This document shows, in pieces, positions 1 to 13,689 of a stretch of DNA of 64,000 nt (within the stretch, counting starts at the first letter, position 1; each line of letters opens with the position of its first letter). The stretch is from Octopus sinensis (Eukaryota), in assembly GCF_006345805.1 (NCBI RefSeq), contig NC_042997.1:193502001-193566000 (forward strand), read 5' to 3'. Position numbers and translations under genes: made by a program. The notes below the pieces were generated by a model. It had not been told where the DNA came from. It searched no databases and worked only from the letters and a program-made list of their open reading frames with translations.

Positions 1-132
1 CAGTCAAATGTCTGAAACAAGTAAAAGATTAAAAGAATATGTTGACAAAAGGTTTGCAATTCCCGTATATGAAGATAAAAATGTGGTTTTTACTTTTGTC
101 GTTATTCACGACCTCTTCAATGACATGCACTA

Positions 133-495
133 GTGGAGGCGCAATGGCCCAGTGGTTAGAGCAGCGGACTCGCGGTCGGAGGATCGCGGTTTCGATTCCA
201 AGACCGTGCGTTGTGTGTGTGTTTATTGAGCGAAAACACCTAAATTTCCACGAGGCTCCGGCAGGGGTGGTGGCGACCCCTGTTGTACTCTTTTGCTCCA
301 ACTTTCTCTCACTCTTTCTTCCTGTTTCTTGTCCCCGATTTCTTACGCAACCGCTGAGCCTGGATGCGCATTCATCCATCCGTCGATGCTCTCGGTGCCG
401 GGGATTGACCTGCTTTCTCATCTGCGGGTCTTACGAATAGCAAAGGACCACGTTTCGGACTTCTCCCACTCTGGGACGAAGACCGCTTCGCTCAA
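133..495 (+). mobile_element. tRNA-derived SINE, family C (GGCGCAATGGCCCAGTGGTTAG head)
   Basis: tRNA-like head with A box (TGGCCCAGTGG) and B-box-like GGTTTCGATTCC. The same head recurs at ~10998, 13690(-), 33575(-), 39530(-) and 63098. Confidence 0.8.
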
Positions 496-879
496 CAAAC
501 AAACAAACAAACAAATGACATGCACTCTCTGTTCAAGGTCTGCCCTGAGTCTTATGTCTGTGTATATTACATGCCTTTATGTGTGCATGGAGATGTTTGT
601 TTGCTTAAAGAGAAAAGCCGCGACAATTAGCCAAGAAATAATTAATTCAGTTTTTTTTAAAAAGAATGCTCTCAATTTCAAGGGTGTGTAATTGTACATA
701 ATTGTGTACGTTATTGTCTGCATTTAGTATACATTTATTAAATTTTTAAAGTATTCTTTTATTTTTGTTTAGTATCCATTTATTATTTTTTTAAAAGTTT
801 CATTGTAATTAGAACTACTCAACTTTCAGATGACAAGCTGACACAGTCATATATCAAGGACCATTTCAAGGACCAGCCG

Positions 880-1191
880 ACAACACAGGATTGTGTACAC
901 ATCTGTAATCTGTATGTGTTTATGTATTTATGTACATATGCAGATACTCACGCACTATATGTTCTACATAGACTCACACATACACATACACATACACACA
1001 CATATATATACACACTCATACACACACACATATATACACACTCACATATATCTGTCTATCTTTCTATCTATCTGTCTATTTACCTCTCTTTCCCTTTCTC
1101 TCTCTCTCTTTGTAGATATACATACATATATATAAATATACATGTAGATACATATACATATATATTCATATAAACACACACACACATATAT

Positions 1192-1263
<72 letters not shown>

Positions 1264-1300
1264 CATACACACACACGTGTGTGTGTGTGTGTGTGTGTAA
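880..1300. repeat. Compound (CA)n/(TA)n/(CT)n microsatellite
   Basis: Directly visible. Source of the YI/HT/CV low-complexity ORFs in the track. Confidence 0.95.
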
Positions 1301-1924
1301 AGAAAGACGGGGTTACAAGGCAAGTGAAGTCTGCAGTTGACACTTAAGTGTCTGACCAACGTAACATAAGCCCTATTAATGTAATGGCTTGAAAAAAATT
1401 TTTAATTACATCACTTATACAGCAATTATTCTCTAAATTTCACTATTAACTCAGTAACAACCTCAATAATATCTGAAGACTTCTCTCATTGCTTTATTCT
1501 ATCAAACTAGTGTTCCAGTTAAAACACACCGCTAGATATTTCCTCTATGACTAAATATTGGACAATTTCACTAAAGCTAGTGAATGCAGCCGACATAACA
1601 AGCGAATGAAACCCAATGCTTCTCTTCAGCATTTACGACCTTTAATCATGGCAAACCATTTTGGAAATCAATATTCCTTTATGTTTCTTCACTCCTACAT
1701 ATTTTTGTAAATATTTAGTTAAAAGAAAATTTTCCAAAAATTTAATATATTAACTTTTGATAGCTTAAATGTGGAAACAGCCATCGTTTTTATTTGCAGT
1801 AAACGTTGTGTTGTCGCCCTGGTGTCTATAGTTTATTGTTTAATATATCTATGTACGGTAAGTGTTGTGTTGTAGATCTGATACTTATAGCTTATTGTCT
1901 AGAATTTATGTGAATGTGTTTTAA

Positions 1925-2070
1925 TGTGGTGCCTATAGCTTAAGCATGCATTCCAACCACATGGTTCCGGGTTCAGTCCCTCTGCGTGGAACGTTGGGGA
2001 TGTGCCTTCTAATATAACCTCAAGTTGACCAAAGTGGATTTGGCAGTTTGAAACCAAAAGAGGTCTGTCG

Positions 2071-2125
<55 letters not shown>

Positions 2126-2149
2126 GTATACATACATACATATATATAT

Positions 2150-2150
<1 letters not shown>
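1925..2150 (+). mobile_element. SINE family A, partial
   Basis: CCACATGGTTCCGGGTTCAGTCCC head followed by the internal microsatellite typical of family A. Confidence 0.7.
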
Positions 2151-2196
<46 letters not shown>

Positions 2197-2698
2197 CTGC
2201 CAGCTCACCGCCTTTAATTGACTAATACCAACAGAAGTGAAATGGAGTGAGTGCGTGTGTTTATTGTTGGCGTAATGACCCTCCGGAGATACAACAAAAC
2301 TTTGTAATTCTCCCTGTGTTAAAAATGTTTACAGTGTTAACTTAACACAAAAATATATTCTTCTAATGTCTATTGAAGAAACGATTCATCTTTTGTATCA
2401 GGAGAGCCTCTACTTGTACTCTGGAATTGCTAGAAATAACCGACAAATCTCCCTCAAACCTTCTTTAAAAATATCCCTCAAACCGTCTTAAAAAGAGGAC
2501 ATTGGACAATGTAGCCTCGGATGTGTAAATAAATAACAGACAGAAATAATAGACAAATTTCCCTCTAACCATCTTAAAAAGAGAAAACATTGGACAACGT
2601 AGTCATGGATGTACAAATAAACTGAATGGTCAAATCTGGAATGTCTTTCACCACATGCTTACCCAATCAAGCTTGACTTGAACTGCTCCCGCTACTAC

Positions 2699-2770
<72 letters not shown>

Positions 2771-2879
2771 GTGACAAATTAATTCATAGAAGGTTCGTTA
2801 GCTTTTTCCCCTTTTTGCAATTAACGTTGACACATGTCCTTCTTAATAGGTGACGCATAGAATATGTGTCCTCCAGAAA

Positions 2880-3109
2880 CACAAGTACTCATACATACAT
2901 ACATACATACATACATACATACATACATACATACATACATGTCTGAATGTGTGTGTATGTGAATGTGTGTACCTGCATTTGTGTATGTATGAGTGTAATA
3001 GTTTTGGATAAGAAATATTCTATAGGCTTCAGTTATTAAAGAATGGTCAGCAGGGTGCCTGTCAAAATTAACTGCAGAGAAGCAAACTCGATTCCACCAC
3101 CACTCACAA

Positions 3110-3176
<67 letters not shown>

Positions 3177-3492
3177 ATATATATATACACACACATATAT
3201 TATATATATACACACATATATATATATATATATATACACACACATATATTATATATATACATATACACATATATATATACATACACACACATATATTATA
3301 TATATACATATATATATACATATATATATACATATATATATAAAACATACGTAAATATGCGTACATACACGCATTATAATAGAATACGATTGGTTTCTCG
3401 AACAAGTAGAGTGTGCTTATGCACCGTATATCTATTAATGAATAATACTTAAAGGTTCCTACTGCCTACAACTATTCATCACACACACACGC

Positions 3493-3560
<68 letters not shown>

Positions 3561-3730
3561 GGTATGTACATGCGTTTATGTAGTCATATTAAGATGAATG
3601 TATATATGTATGTATGTATGTATGTATGCATACATGTATGTATCTATGTATGCATACATGTATCCATGCAATTATGTATGTATGTATGTATGTGTGTATG
3701 TATGTATGTGTGTATGTATGTATGTGTAAA
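2880..3730. repeat. (TACA)n/(TA)n/(GA)n/(TATG)n microsatellite field
   Basis: Directly visible. Confidence 0.9.
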
Positions 3731-4506
3731 GATTGTACGCATACATAAGCACAGATATACAAATACGCGATATCAGAGTAAAACAGTTTATGTGTAAAGA
3801 GCTATTGTCTAAGAAAAGAAACACAACAGAGAAAAAGAGTGACAAAAAAAAAAAGGAACGACAGAGAGAAAGCAAGGGAGAGAGGGGGAAGAAAAAGAGA
3901 AAGAGAAAGAGATAGACAGAGACAGAGAACGAGAGAGTGAGAGAGGAAGAGAGAGAGAAAACTGACAGAAAATGAAACGAAGCGAGTGAAAGGACGAGAT
4001 TTATTGCAAAATTTCTGACAAACTATTTTACGGTTTAATTTGTAAACCTATTCGTCGGAAAGAATAAACTAAATAGTATAAATTCAAGTCAGAAAATGTT
4101 TGTCATGAATTATTGCGAACAGCTGTTGGCTGTTAATAGTTATTTCTATAATGTCTAAAGGCTAAACAATTTCGAAACGTCACAGATAATTTCAATGTCG
4201 GCAGAAATGTTGGCAGACGACTGGTAGTAATTGTGTCTTATAGTCATCATTTCATTAAAGTGAAATTCATGATTGATGCTCGTTGATTTGGCTGATGTGG
4301 CGTGGATAATGAATATATACATATCTCCAGAAATTTCCACAAATAATTATGATGTAAGTACGCTTGCTAAGTTAATCTCCATTTCTCATATCATTCGTAC
4401 AAACGTCACAGACAGCAGCAGTAACAGACTAGCGACGGTGGTGCCTCTAAGTGGTCATTAGGCAAAGTAAAACTGAAGAGGAAATTTCCCTCAAATCCCA
4501 CTCTAA

Positions 4507-4898
4507 TCTTTATATATAAAAGTAAGGTTGTGTGTCTGTCTCCTACGATTTAGATTCCTAACTACTCCCACATTTTGCGGTGCAGTTTAACCAAAACCGG
4601 GTATCTTATAGTCGTGATTCATATCGAGCCCTTCTGGGTATTAGCGCGCGTCTACGATGAGTCTACGATTTTAAAAATAATTTACCATCATTTTTTCCAT
4701 TTTAATGCATATTTTTTTAATATAAGGGAAGTAACTCTCTAAAAATGTCTACGATGAGTCAACGATTTAAAAAAAAAATTACCATAATTTTTTTCCCATT
4801 TTTAATGCATTTTTTGCTATTTTTTGGCTATAACTCTCTAAAAATGCTTTATAGTTATTTCCCTTACAAACCCGAGCAACGCCGGGCGATACTACTAG
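4507..4898 (+). mobile_element. Non-autonomous Helitron
   Basis: Starts TCTTTATATATAAAA after an A. Ends with GC hairpin CCCGAGCAACGCCGGG (4871-4886) then CTAG (4895-4898) before a T. The A/T site, 5' TC, 3' hairpin and CTRR are Helitron hallmarks. Confidence 0.8.
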
Positions 4899-5167
4899 TA
4901 CATAATATTAAACTAAGAGGCGCAGGCGTAGGTGTGTGTCATTAAGAAGCTTATTTCCCAACCTTGCGGGTTTGCATTCAGCTCCGCTGCTCAGCACCTT
5001 GGACAAGTGTCTTCTCCCATAGTCCCGAACCGACCAAATCCTTGTGAGTGGATTTCGTAGACAGAAACTGTGTGTATTTCCATTATAGGTAGGGCCAACA
5101 AGACAAAATACTCCATTTAGTGAGAGATAAAAATCATTTAATATACACAATTGCGAAAGAGCTACTA

Positions 5168-5602
5168 ACTCTTTTACTCTTTTACTTGTTTCAGTCATTT
5201 GACTGTGGCCATGCTGGAGCACCGCCTTTAGTCGAGCAAATCGACCCCAGGACTTATTCTTTGTAAGCCTAGTACTTATTCAATCGGTCACTTTTGCCGA
5301 ACCGCTAAGTTACGGGGACGTAAACACACCAGCACCGGTTGTCAAACGATGGTGGGGTGACAAACACAGACATACAAACATATATACACACACACACATA
5401 CACATACATACATACATTCATACATATATATATATATATATATATATGACGGTCTTCTTTCAGTTTCCGTCTACCAAATCCACTCACAAGGCTTTGATCG
5501 GCCCGAGGCTATACTAGAAGACACTTGCTCAAGGTGCCATACAATGGGACTGAACCCGGAACCATGTGATTGGTAAGTAAGCTACTTACCACACAGCCAC
5601 GC
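5168..5602 (-). mobile_element. SINE family A, full length
   Basis: Reverse complement of the GGAGTGGCTGTGTGGTAAG...GACTGAAACAAGTAAAAGAG consensus also seen at 7368, 10298, 13248, 24483 and 31980. Confidence 0.85.
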
Positions 5603-6459
5603 TTACGCCTATAAAAATAGATTAGCTGACCTACCGTGACTAGGATTCGAACCTCGGTTGCCACCGCCACAACATGGAGTCCTAGCCACTAGACGATCAC
5701 GACCAAAAGACTGTTTCATGTTTTAAGATGCATTAAATTGTCAGATTTATATAACATACCATATATTTCCAAGCAATTTTTCAGGCTCAGTGTGTAACAT
5801 TAAATGTATTGAAAACCAGGACGCTGGCGTATGAGAAAACATGAGAAAAAAAATGTGAAGAAGAAATGCGAGCACTTGCATGTCTTTGAGTTTGCGTTTG
5901 TTCCACGCCACTCCTTGACAGCCATTATTGGTTTGTTCGTATCCTCGTAACATAGCGGTTTGGCAAAAGAGACAGACAGAATATGTACCAAGGTTAAAAA
6001 AAGTAAATACTGGGATGGATTTGTTTGACTAAACTCTTCAAGGCAAAATATGAAAATGGCTGCAGTCCAATGAATGAAAAAGTAGCAGTTAAAAGGACGA
6101 AGCGACCCTAATTATGTTAATCATATCTTTTATATCTTTAATTTGTTTCAGTCATTAGACTGCGACCATGCTGGGGCACCACTTTGAAGAATTTTTGACG
6201 AACGAATCGACCCCAGTACATTTTTTTAAAAACCTAGTACTTATTCTATCGGTCTCTTTCTCTGAATTGCTAAGTCACGGGACATAAATACACCAAGCGA
6301 TGGCGGGATGCAAAAACAGACGCAAAGACGCACACATAGATATACACAACACTATATATATATACTTGCAGTAATACCCGTCGTTGATCAGGTAATTACT
6401 TTTAATTTTTTTCGGGAGCCACATTCAAAGTATTATTATATATATAATTTACTCCTCCT

Positions 6460-6910
6460 GTATGTGTGTATATTTATAAGAGAAAAATATGTAATAATTG
6501 AAGTAGGAAAAAGACCAATTTCATACATGAACTTCTGTTTGTTTATTATATGACAATAATAAGTGAGTTGTATGTGTTATTTTATTTATTAATACAGTAA
6601 TGGTATTTATATAATATTGTTATAAGAGAAAAACATGTAATAATTGAAGTTGGAAAAAGTTCGAATTCGTACATGAATTTGTGTTTGTTTATTATATGAT
6701 AATAATAAGTGAGTTTTATCTGTCATTTTATTTATCAATACAGTAGTGGCAATTATACAATATATTTATAATAGAAAACATGTAATAATTGAAGTAGAAA
6801 AAGAGCAATTTCATTCATGAGCTTCTGTTTATTTATATTATATGATAATAATAAATGAGTTGCACGTGTTATTGTATTTATCAATACAGCAATGGCAATT
6901 ATATAATACA
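6460..6910. repeat. Degenerate ~146-bp tandem repeat, 3 copies
   Basis: Anchor TGTAATAATTGAAG at 6490, 6636 and 6781. Confidence 0.85.
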
Positions 6911-7039
6911 GTTCATTTAACTAGGTAATTTACTCAATCTTGAATGTAATGATAGTAATGGTAAATTAAGTTATAGAAGTATTCATGTTGCATTAAGAAT
7001 GAATATTTCTTTATAAACAATGTTTTTATTTTATTTCGG

Positions 7040-7941
7040 TGTGCATAAGCAGAAAGATTTGCTTTTGCTCCTACACATAATGCTCCTACATAAAGTTGGC
7101 CATGTGAAAACCATGGTTGTTCAAGTTGCAATGCAGCAACTTATAGTGTTTATTAACGCTTATGACAAAAAAAATTCGAATAGGAAACTGTAACCGTTAA
7201 AATTGGAATGGGACAGTAGATGGTATAACTGGTATGCGAGGACTAAAGACGGTCTCACCTTTACCACAACCAGTGAGAATAATTGCCTCAATGCTGTTCC
7301 TAAAAAAGTTTGTGCGCAATTAATCTTGCACCATTGTATAATTTTGGTTGAGACAAATTACGCAATAGCAGGAGTGGCTGTATGGTAAGTAGCTTGCTAA
7401 CCAACCACATGTTTCCGGGTTCAGTCCCACTGCGTGGCATCTTGGGCAAGTGTTTTCTGCTATAGCCCCGGGCCGACCAATGCCTTGTGAGTGGATTTAG
7501 TAGACGGAAACTGAAAAAAGCCTGTCGTATATATGTATATATATATATGTATGTGTGTGTATATGTTTGTGTGTCTGTGTTTGTCCCCCTAGCATCGCTT
7601 GACAACCGATGCTGGCGTGTTTACGTCCCCGTCGCTTAGCGGTTCGGCAAAAGAGACCGATAGAATAAGTACTGGGCTTACAAAGAATAAGTCCCAGGGT
7701 CGATTTGCTCGACTAAAGGCGGTGCTCCAGCATGGCCGCAGTCAAATGACTGAAACAAGTAAAAAAGTAAAAGAGTAAAGAGCATAAATGGAATCCACTT
7801 TTGCAGCTGAAGACAATGAGGATCTCTACCTGGTGGTTGTAGTGAATTAAAAAATTCGATGGGGTAGTTAACAATATCCTGATCATCAACAACACTGTCA
7901 ATTGATTTATAAGTGAATATTTCTCCCGGACGTTTATTCAC
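7040..7941 (-). pseudogene. Helitron PIF1-like helicase C-terminal remnant, interrupted by a SINE
   Basis: Minus-strand translation gives YPIEFFNSLQPPG...FML|LRNLSQPKLYNGARL...IEAIILTG...PRIPVIP...PFQF*RLQFPIR...FSHGQLYV. These match Helitron helicase motifs (recalled). Stops and frameshifts are present. Confidence 0.85.
7368..7780 (+). mobile_element. SINE family A, full length, inserted in the Helitron helicase
   Basis: Complete consensus. It splits the helicase between FML and LRNL, with AGCA on both flanks. Confidence 0.9.
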
Positions 7942-8969
7942 TAGGATATTATTAATGCTATGTACAGCAACATTTTTTGGAGGACAGAAATTTAGTAAAA
8001 AAAAAAAAGAAAACTTGTGGATACTTTCCAGTTGAGCAGATTTATGATTAAAGCTGCTTCATTAATAGTCATTCCTTCTGTTTAAGAACATTTTGGACTG
8101 CATTATTCAATTTGTCCTTGTTAGGCAACTGGTCTGCCTTAATGTAGTAAAACTATGATGAAAGACATTCTAACGAAACCACCATGTCTTTTGTAAATCT
8201 GGGACTACATCATCCAATATTTCCTTCTTACTTTAAAACAGTAAGGTGTGGTTTAAGGGAAATTTGGGTGTTATTTCTAGCAGGTGGAAATACTGTGTAA
8301 AGACTCATTCCTTATCACATTACAATCGTAGAGAATTAGGATGACCATCTGATACAGAAGTTCATTGACTGTCTAACACAGAATCACAAACTAGAAAGAG
8401 AAAATTAAAAAAAGAAACCATGCATTGCTTGTTTTGTTGTATAGCACCAAATCATTATGTGAAGGCGAGTGGCCTAGTGGTTAGGATGTGGTACTCACGA
8501 TCAAAAGGTCATGGTTTCAACTCCTGAACTATTACCACGAGGTCGATTGTGTTCTCGAGCAAAACACTTCATTTTCCGTTGCTCTGCGTTCACTTCAACT
8601 TCTGAAGCGTGACACGCCGTGCCATTGTACACGTAATGTCGACTTGATAGCAGAGAGGGATTAGAATGTTACAGGATAGACTCGCAAGACGCATTCGTCA
8701 ACTGGCAAGATACCTAAGGTTAGACAGGGGGTTCTCATTCAGTTTTATCTTTGGACCCCTTTGATTACTATTTTATTCCGGTGGATCCCATTGGCCATTT
8801 TATATTAAAAAACTAATTTAAAATAAGCCGCTTTCAAAATTCCAATTTTGTTTTTCACATATTAACTTATGTAGGTTGAATGTTCGAGAAAGAAACCTAG
8901 TTGGATCTTGCAATACATATCAATACAAACATCTAAAGCAAAATTTTTTCAGGGGGCCTTAAAATACTA

Positions 8970-9915
8970 GGAGAAAAACAATTAGTTTTAAATCTCTGAG
9001 CGAGAAATAAGTAGTAACAGTACTACAGAGTAAAGTCTATTTGCCAACGTAAAGTGGCAGTCCTGATTAGGACGGTGTTACTATCTTTTTAACCCCAGGA
9101 AAACATATTTTCCTGCTGGCTATCGACGCACAACTTATACTTCGAATAAAGGAGCTAATGTCTCCACTCATCCTTCAACGGTATCTGCAGTTTTCGGGTT
9201 ATTTCCCTTCCTTGGCACAGGATAACCGTTGGCTATAGAGATGACCACATTAGGCTTTCTTCGAAGTAAATACTTTTAAAGTGACACACTGTCACTGATC
9301 TCGTAAGAGATCAGTAACAATTAGTTGTAAATCTCATTAGTTGTAAATTGTTGAATTTACAACTAGACAATTAGTTGTAAATTGCTGAAAAACAATTAGC
9401 TGCAAATCTCTGAGCGAGAAATAAGTATTAACAATACTACAGAGCAAAGACTATTTGCCAACGTAAAGAGCCAGCTGGAAAAGATGTTTTCCTGGGGCTA
9501 AAAAAGATAGTAACACCGTCTTAATCGAGACTCACTTTACGTTGGCAAATAGACTTTACTCTGTAGTACTGTTACTACTTATTTCTCGTTCAGAGACTTA
9601 AAACTAATTGTTTTTCTCCTTACGAGGTCAATAACTATGTGTCACATTAAAAGTACATACTTCGAACAAGGCCTAGTGCTGTCATCTCTAACCAACGGTT
9701 ATCCTGTGCCAATGAAGTGAAATAACCCAGAAACCATTGGTCTGCAGGTATTGCTTAAGGCTGAGTGGGGACATTAGCTTCCTTGTTCGAGGTATAAGGA
9801 CGCAGTTGTGCGTCGATAGCCAGCTGGAAAAGATGTTTTCCTGGGGCTAAAAAAAGGTAGTAACACCGTCCTAATCAGGACTCCCACTTTACATTGGTAA
9901 ATAGACTTTACCCTT
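8970..9915. mobile_element. Non-coding ~349-bp unit in tandem plus inverted arrangement with a degenerate hammerhead (retrozyme-like)
   Basis: CCAGCTGGAAAAGATGTTTTCCTGGGG at 9471 and 9820 (period 349). A minus-strand full unit at 8970-9307 plus a partial copy to ~9467. HHR-like motif at 9701-9751 and 9181-9225(-). Confidence 0.7.
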
Positions 9916-10297
9916 AAAATACTATTGCGGACAATTTCCTGTTGTCTTGCATGGACCTCTCCCCCAAATCTTATATGGACCCTGGTTGAGAAAAAAAAAA
10001 GAAGGTTGAATAATATTCAAGGTCTTAGTCACACTTGGGAATCAATCTGGAAGACTAATGACGGTTGCTTCTGCGAGGACCCTATGAAGAAAGTGTCTGA
10101 AGAGTCTTTCCATACGGCCCGCCAGCCGGGGGTAGTGGGCAGAAAGGATGGATGGATGGAAGTGTGTTAGTATGGACAATCAAATCGAATAGATCATTCG
10201 AGGTCACATGTTTACGGCCAGCAGAAGGGAAAGTAAAACAGTAAAAAATAAAACAAGTCGCCGGACAAGACAGGAATGATAAAAAGAAAAAAATTCA

Positions 10298-10792
<495 letters not shown>

Positions 10793-10997
10793 AAAAGAAA
10801 ACACGTACAATGCTCATTTATTTTTATTAAAAGAAAATTAAAAGTTCGCCTCATTTTTGATATTTTCAGCTTCATTAATCATAATAATACATTTCTCATA
10901 ACTATAACAATACTTTTATCATAACTTTTAATTGTTTTGATAAAAATAAATGAGTATTGTACGTGTTTTCTATTTTTCATAACTGCATACCTACTTT

Positions 10998-11305
10998 TGT
11001 GGAGCACATGGCCTAGTGGTTAGAGCAGCGGACTCGCGGTCGAGGGATCGCGGGTTCGAATCTCAGACCGGGCGATGTGTGTGTTTATGAGCGAAAACAC
11101 CTAAGCTCCACGCGGCTCCGGCAGAAGGTAATGGCGAACTTCTGCTGACTCTTTCGCCACAACTTTCTCTCACTCTTTCCTCCTGCATCTTGCAGCTCAC
11201 CTGCGACGGACCGGCGTCCCGTCCAGGTGGGGAACCTATACGCCAAGGAAACCGGAAAACTGGCCCTTATGAACCAGGCGTGGCTCGAGAAGGAACAAAC
11301 AACAT
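10998..11305 (+). mobile_element. SINE family C variant
   Basis: tRNA-like head shared with 133, with a different 3' part. Confidence 0.7.
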
Positions 11306-11599
11306 GCCTACTTTTGCACTCCACTGTATAATAGTTTTTATGTGGGTTCAGTGGAGGAAAACAGTAATTAAAGGGGGTCCAATGGAAAAAAATGGTAGCG
11401 AACCACTGTTTTTAGAGCAAAACGGGTTGATAATGAACAAGTGCAACGTAGGGCAGTAATAACAACATAGATATTGAAAAACTAAAAGAAGGTCACAGTT
11501 ATTGCATTCTCTGTTAAATAACTATGAAGATGAAGGCTCTCTAGCAGTGTGTTAAAAAACTGGGTAGCTCTTGAGTAATATTAGTTTCAGATTTTGGCA

Positions 11600-12582
11600 C
11601 AAGGCCAGTAAATTTAGGGGAGGTGGGGCTAGTCGATTACATTGACGCCGAAGGAATGAGAAGGCTAAGTCAACCTTGGTGGAATTTGAATTCAGAACGT
11701 AAGGACAGACGAAATTCTGCTAAGCATTTTGCCCGCTAAGCATTTTGCCCGCTAAGCATTTTGCCCGCTAAGCATTTTGCTAACGATTCTGCTAGCTCGG
11801 AAAAAAAGACCCCCTTCAGTCACGAATGACCATGGGATTGCACCTAGAAAGTTCCCCTCCGAGACACAAATCCGGGCAAAGTTGTTTATGGAAGACCAAC
11901 AGTTACCCATGTATCCAGCCTACCCTGATGCATGGGTGACTGTTCGATAATATTGATTTCATATATAGGAGCAGTTTGATGTGATAGAGCCGATAATATG
12001 GATCTCAATTCTCCATTGTTAAGTATTTCAACAACCCTGGAAAAATAAAAGGCAGAGGTAACCTTGGCAGGATTCGAAATTAAAACATAAAAGATACCTG
12101 CTAAATTTCAGTAGGTATTTTGTTTGGTATTAGTAATATTGATTTGTCCCCAAGCACAAGGCCAGTAATTTCGAGGGAGGGTAAGTCTGTTAGATCGACC
12201 CCAATGCTCAACTGGTACTTACTTTATTGACCCCGAAAGGATGAAAGGCAAAGTCGACTGCGGTGGAATTTGAACTCAGAGCGTAAGAACGGACGAAATG
12301 CCGGTAAGCATTTCGCCGGGCGTGCTAACAATTCTGCCAGCTCGCCTTTATGGTAATTAGTAATATTCTTTTCTACACTAGGCACGAGGCCTGAAATTTT
12401 GGGGGCGGGGGCCAGTCGATTACATCGACCCCAGTGCGTAACTGGTACTTATTTAATCGATCCCGAAAGGATGAAAGGCAAAGTCGACCTCGGCGGAATT
12501 TGAACCCAGAACGTAACGGCAGACGAAATACCGCTAGGCATTTTGCCCGGCGTGCTAACGTCTTTTCAAGCTCACCGCCTTA
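11600..12582 (-). mobile_element. Cluster of three SINE family B copies (AAGGCGGCGAGCTGGCAG head)
   Basis: Repeated GAAAGGCAAAGTCGACCTCGGCGGAATTTGAACTCAGAACG core. One copy carries a 16-bp GCTAAGCATTTTGCCC minisatellite at ~11718-11780. Confidence 0.8.
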
Positions 12583-13247
12583 ACAGTAATTAGTAATATT
12601 GGTAACAAATAGATGAGTAAACGTTTTTTCAAAACTTTTGAATTATTTCAGTCTTTAGAGTACGACCATGCTGGGGCACTGCCTTGGAGGGGTTTTAGTC
12701 GAACAAATCAAACTCAGACCATATTCTTTTTAAAGTCTAGTGTTTATTCTATAAGTTTCTTTTGACGTACAGTGTCCGTCTATTAAATTCACTCAAAGCG
12801 CATTTGTCGGCCCGGGGCTATAGTTGAAGACACTTGCTCAAGGTGCCATACAGTAGGACTAAACCTGAAATCAATTGGTTGCAAAGTAAGCTTCTTAACC
12901 ACACAGCCATGCCACACGCTTTGCGGTAAAAAAAAGTCGACCTCTGCAGAATTTGAACTCAGAACGTAAAGACGGAAGAGATGCCGCTAAGCATTTTATC
13001 CGGTGAGATATCGATAAATTACAATATCGTTAGAAAAGAGAAAGAAGAAAGAAAGTATTGTAGACGGAAACATGTAATCACGGAGACAATGATGTAACGT
13101 GGGTATATTTCGATATTATATATTCTATATTCCCAAATTTTCCAATTTAGAATTAAAATATTCAAGGAAAGAAAAATCGTCTTCCACAGAAAATTAACAA
13201 CAAAAGCAGTTATAATAGCGACAAAAACAACAAAAAGATAAGCAACA

Positions 13248-13635
13248 GGCGTAGGAGTGGCTGTGTGGTAAGTAGCTTGCTTACGAACCACATAGTTCCG
13301 GGTTCAGTCCCACTGGGTGGCACCTTGGACAAGTGTCTTCTACTATAGCCTCGGGCCGACCAAAGCCTTGTGAGTGGATTTGGTAGACGGAAACTGAAAG
13401 AAGCCCGTCGTATATATATATGTATGTGTGTGTGTGTGTGTTTATATGTTTGTCTGTGTTTGTCCCCCCAACATCACTTGCCAACCGATGCTGGTGTGTT
13501 TACGTCCCTATAATTTAGCGGTTCGGCAAAAGAGAACGATAGAATAAGTACTAGGCTTACAAAGAATTTGCTCGACTAAAGATGGTTGCTCCAGCATGGC
13601 CACAGTCAAATGATTGAAACAAGTAAAATAGTAAG
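13248..13635 (+). mobile_element. SINE family A, full length
   Basis: Matches the family A consensus. Confidence 0.9.
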
Positions 13636-13689
13636 AGTGTAACAGCCAAATGACAGCTATTAACATACACAAGTTGATAACGATAAACT

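Noticed and set aside
893-3915. Many ORFs rich in YI/HT/CV/ER/LS
   Set aside because: They are translations of microsatellites. The same applies near 10.4, 18.2, 18.9, 27.1, 28.7 and 52.6 kb.
4150-4461. Possible host exon (MMLVDLADVAW..., GTAAGT donor near 4352)
   Set aside because: Short, with no recognisable domain and no clear acceptor. Cannot be supported without RNA data.
9925-10170. Possible Tc1 transposase C-terminal fragment
   Set aside because: The resemblance is too weak and short.
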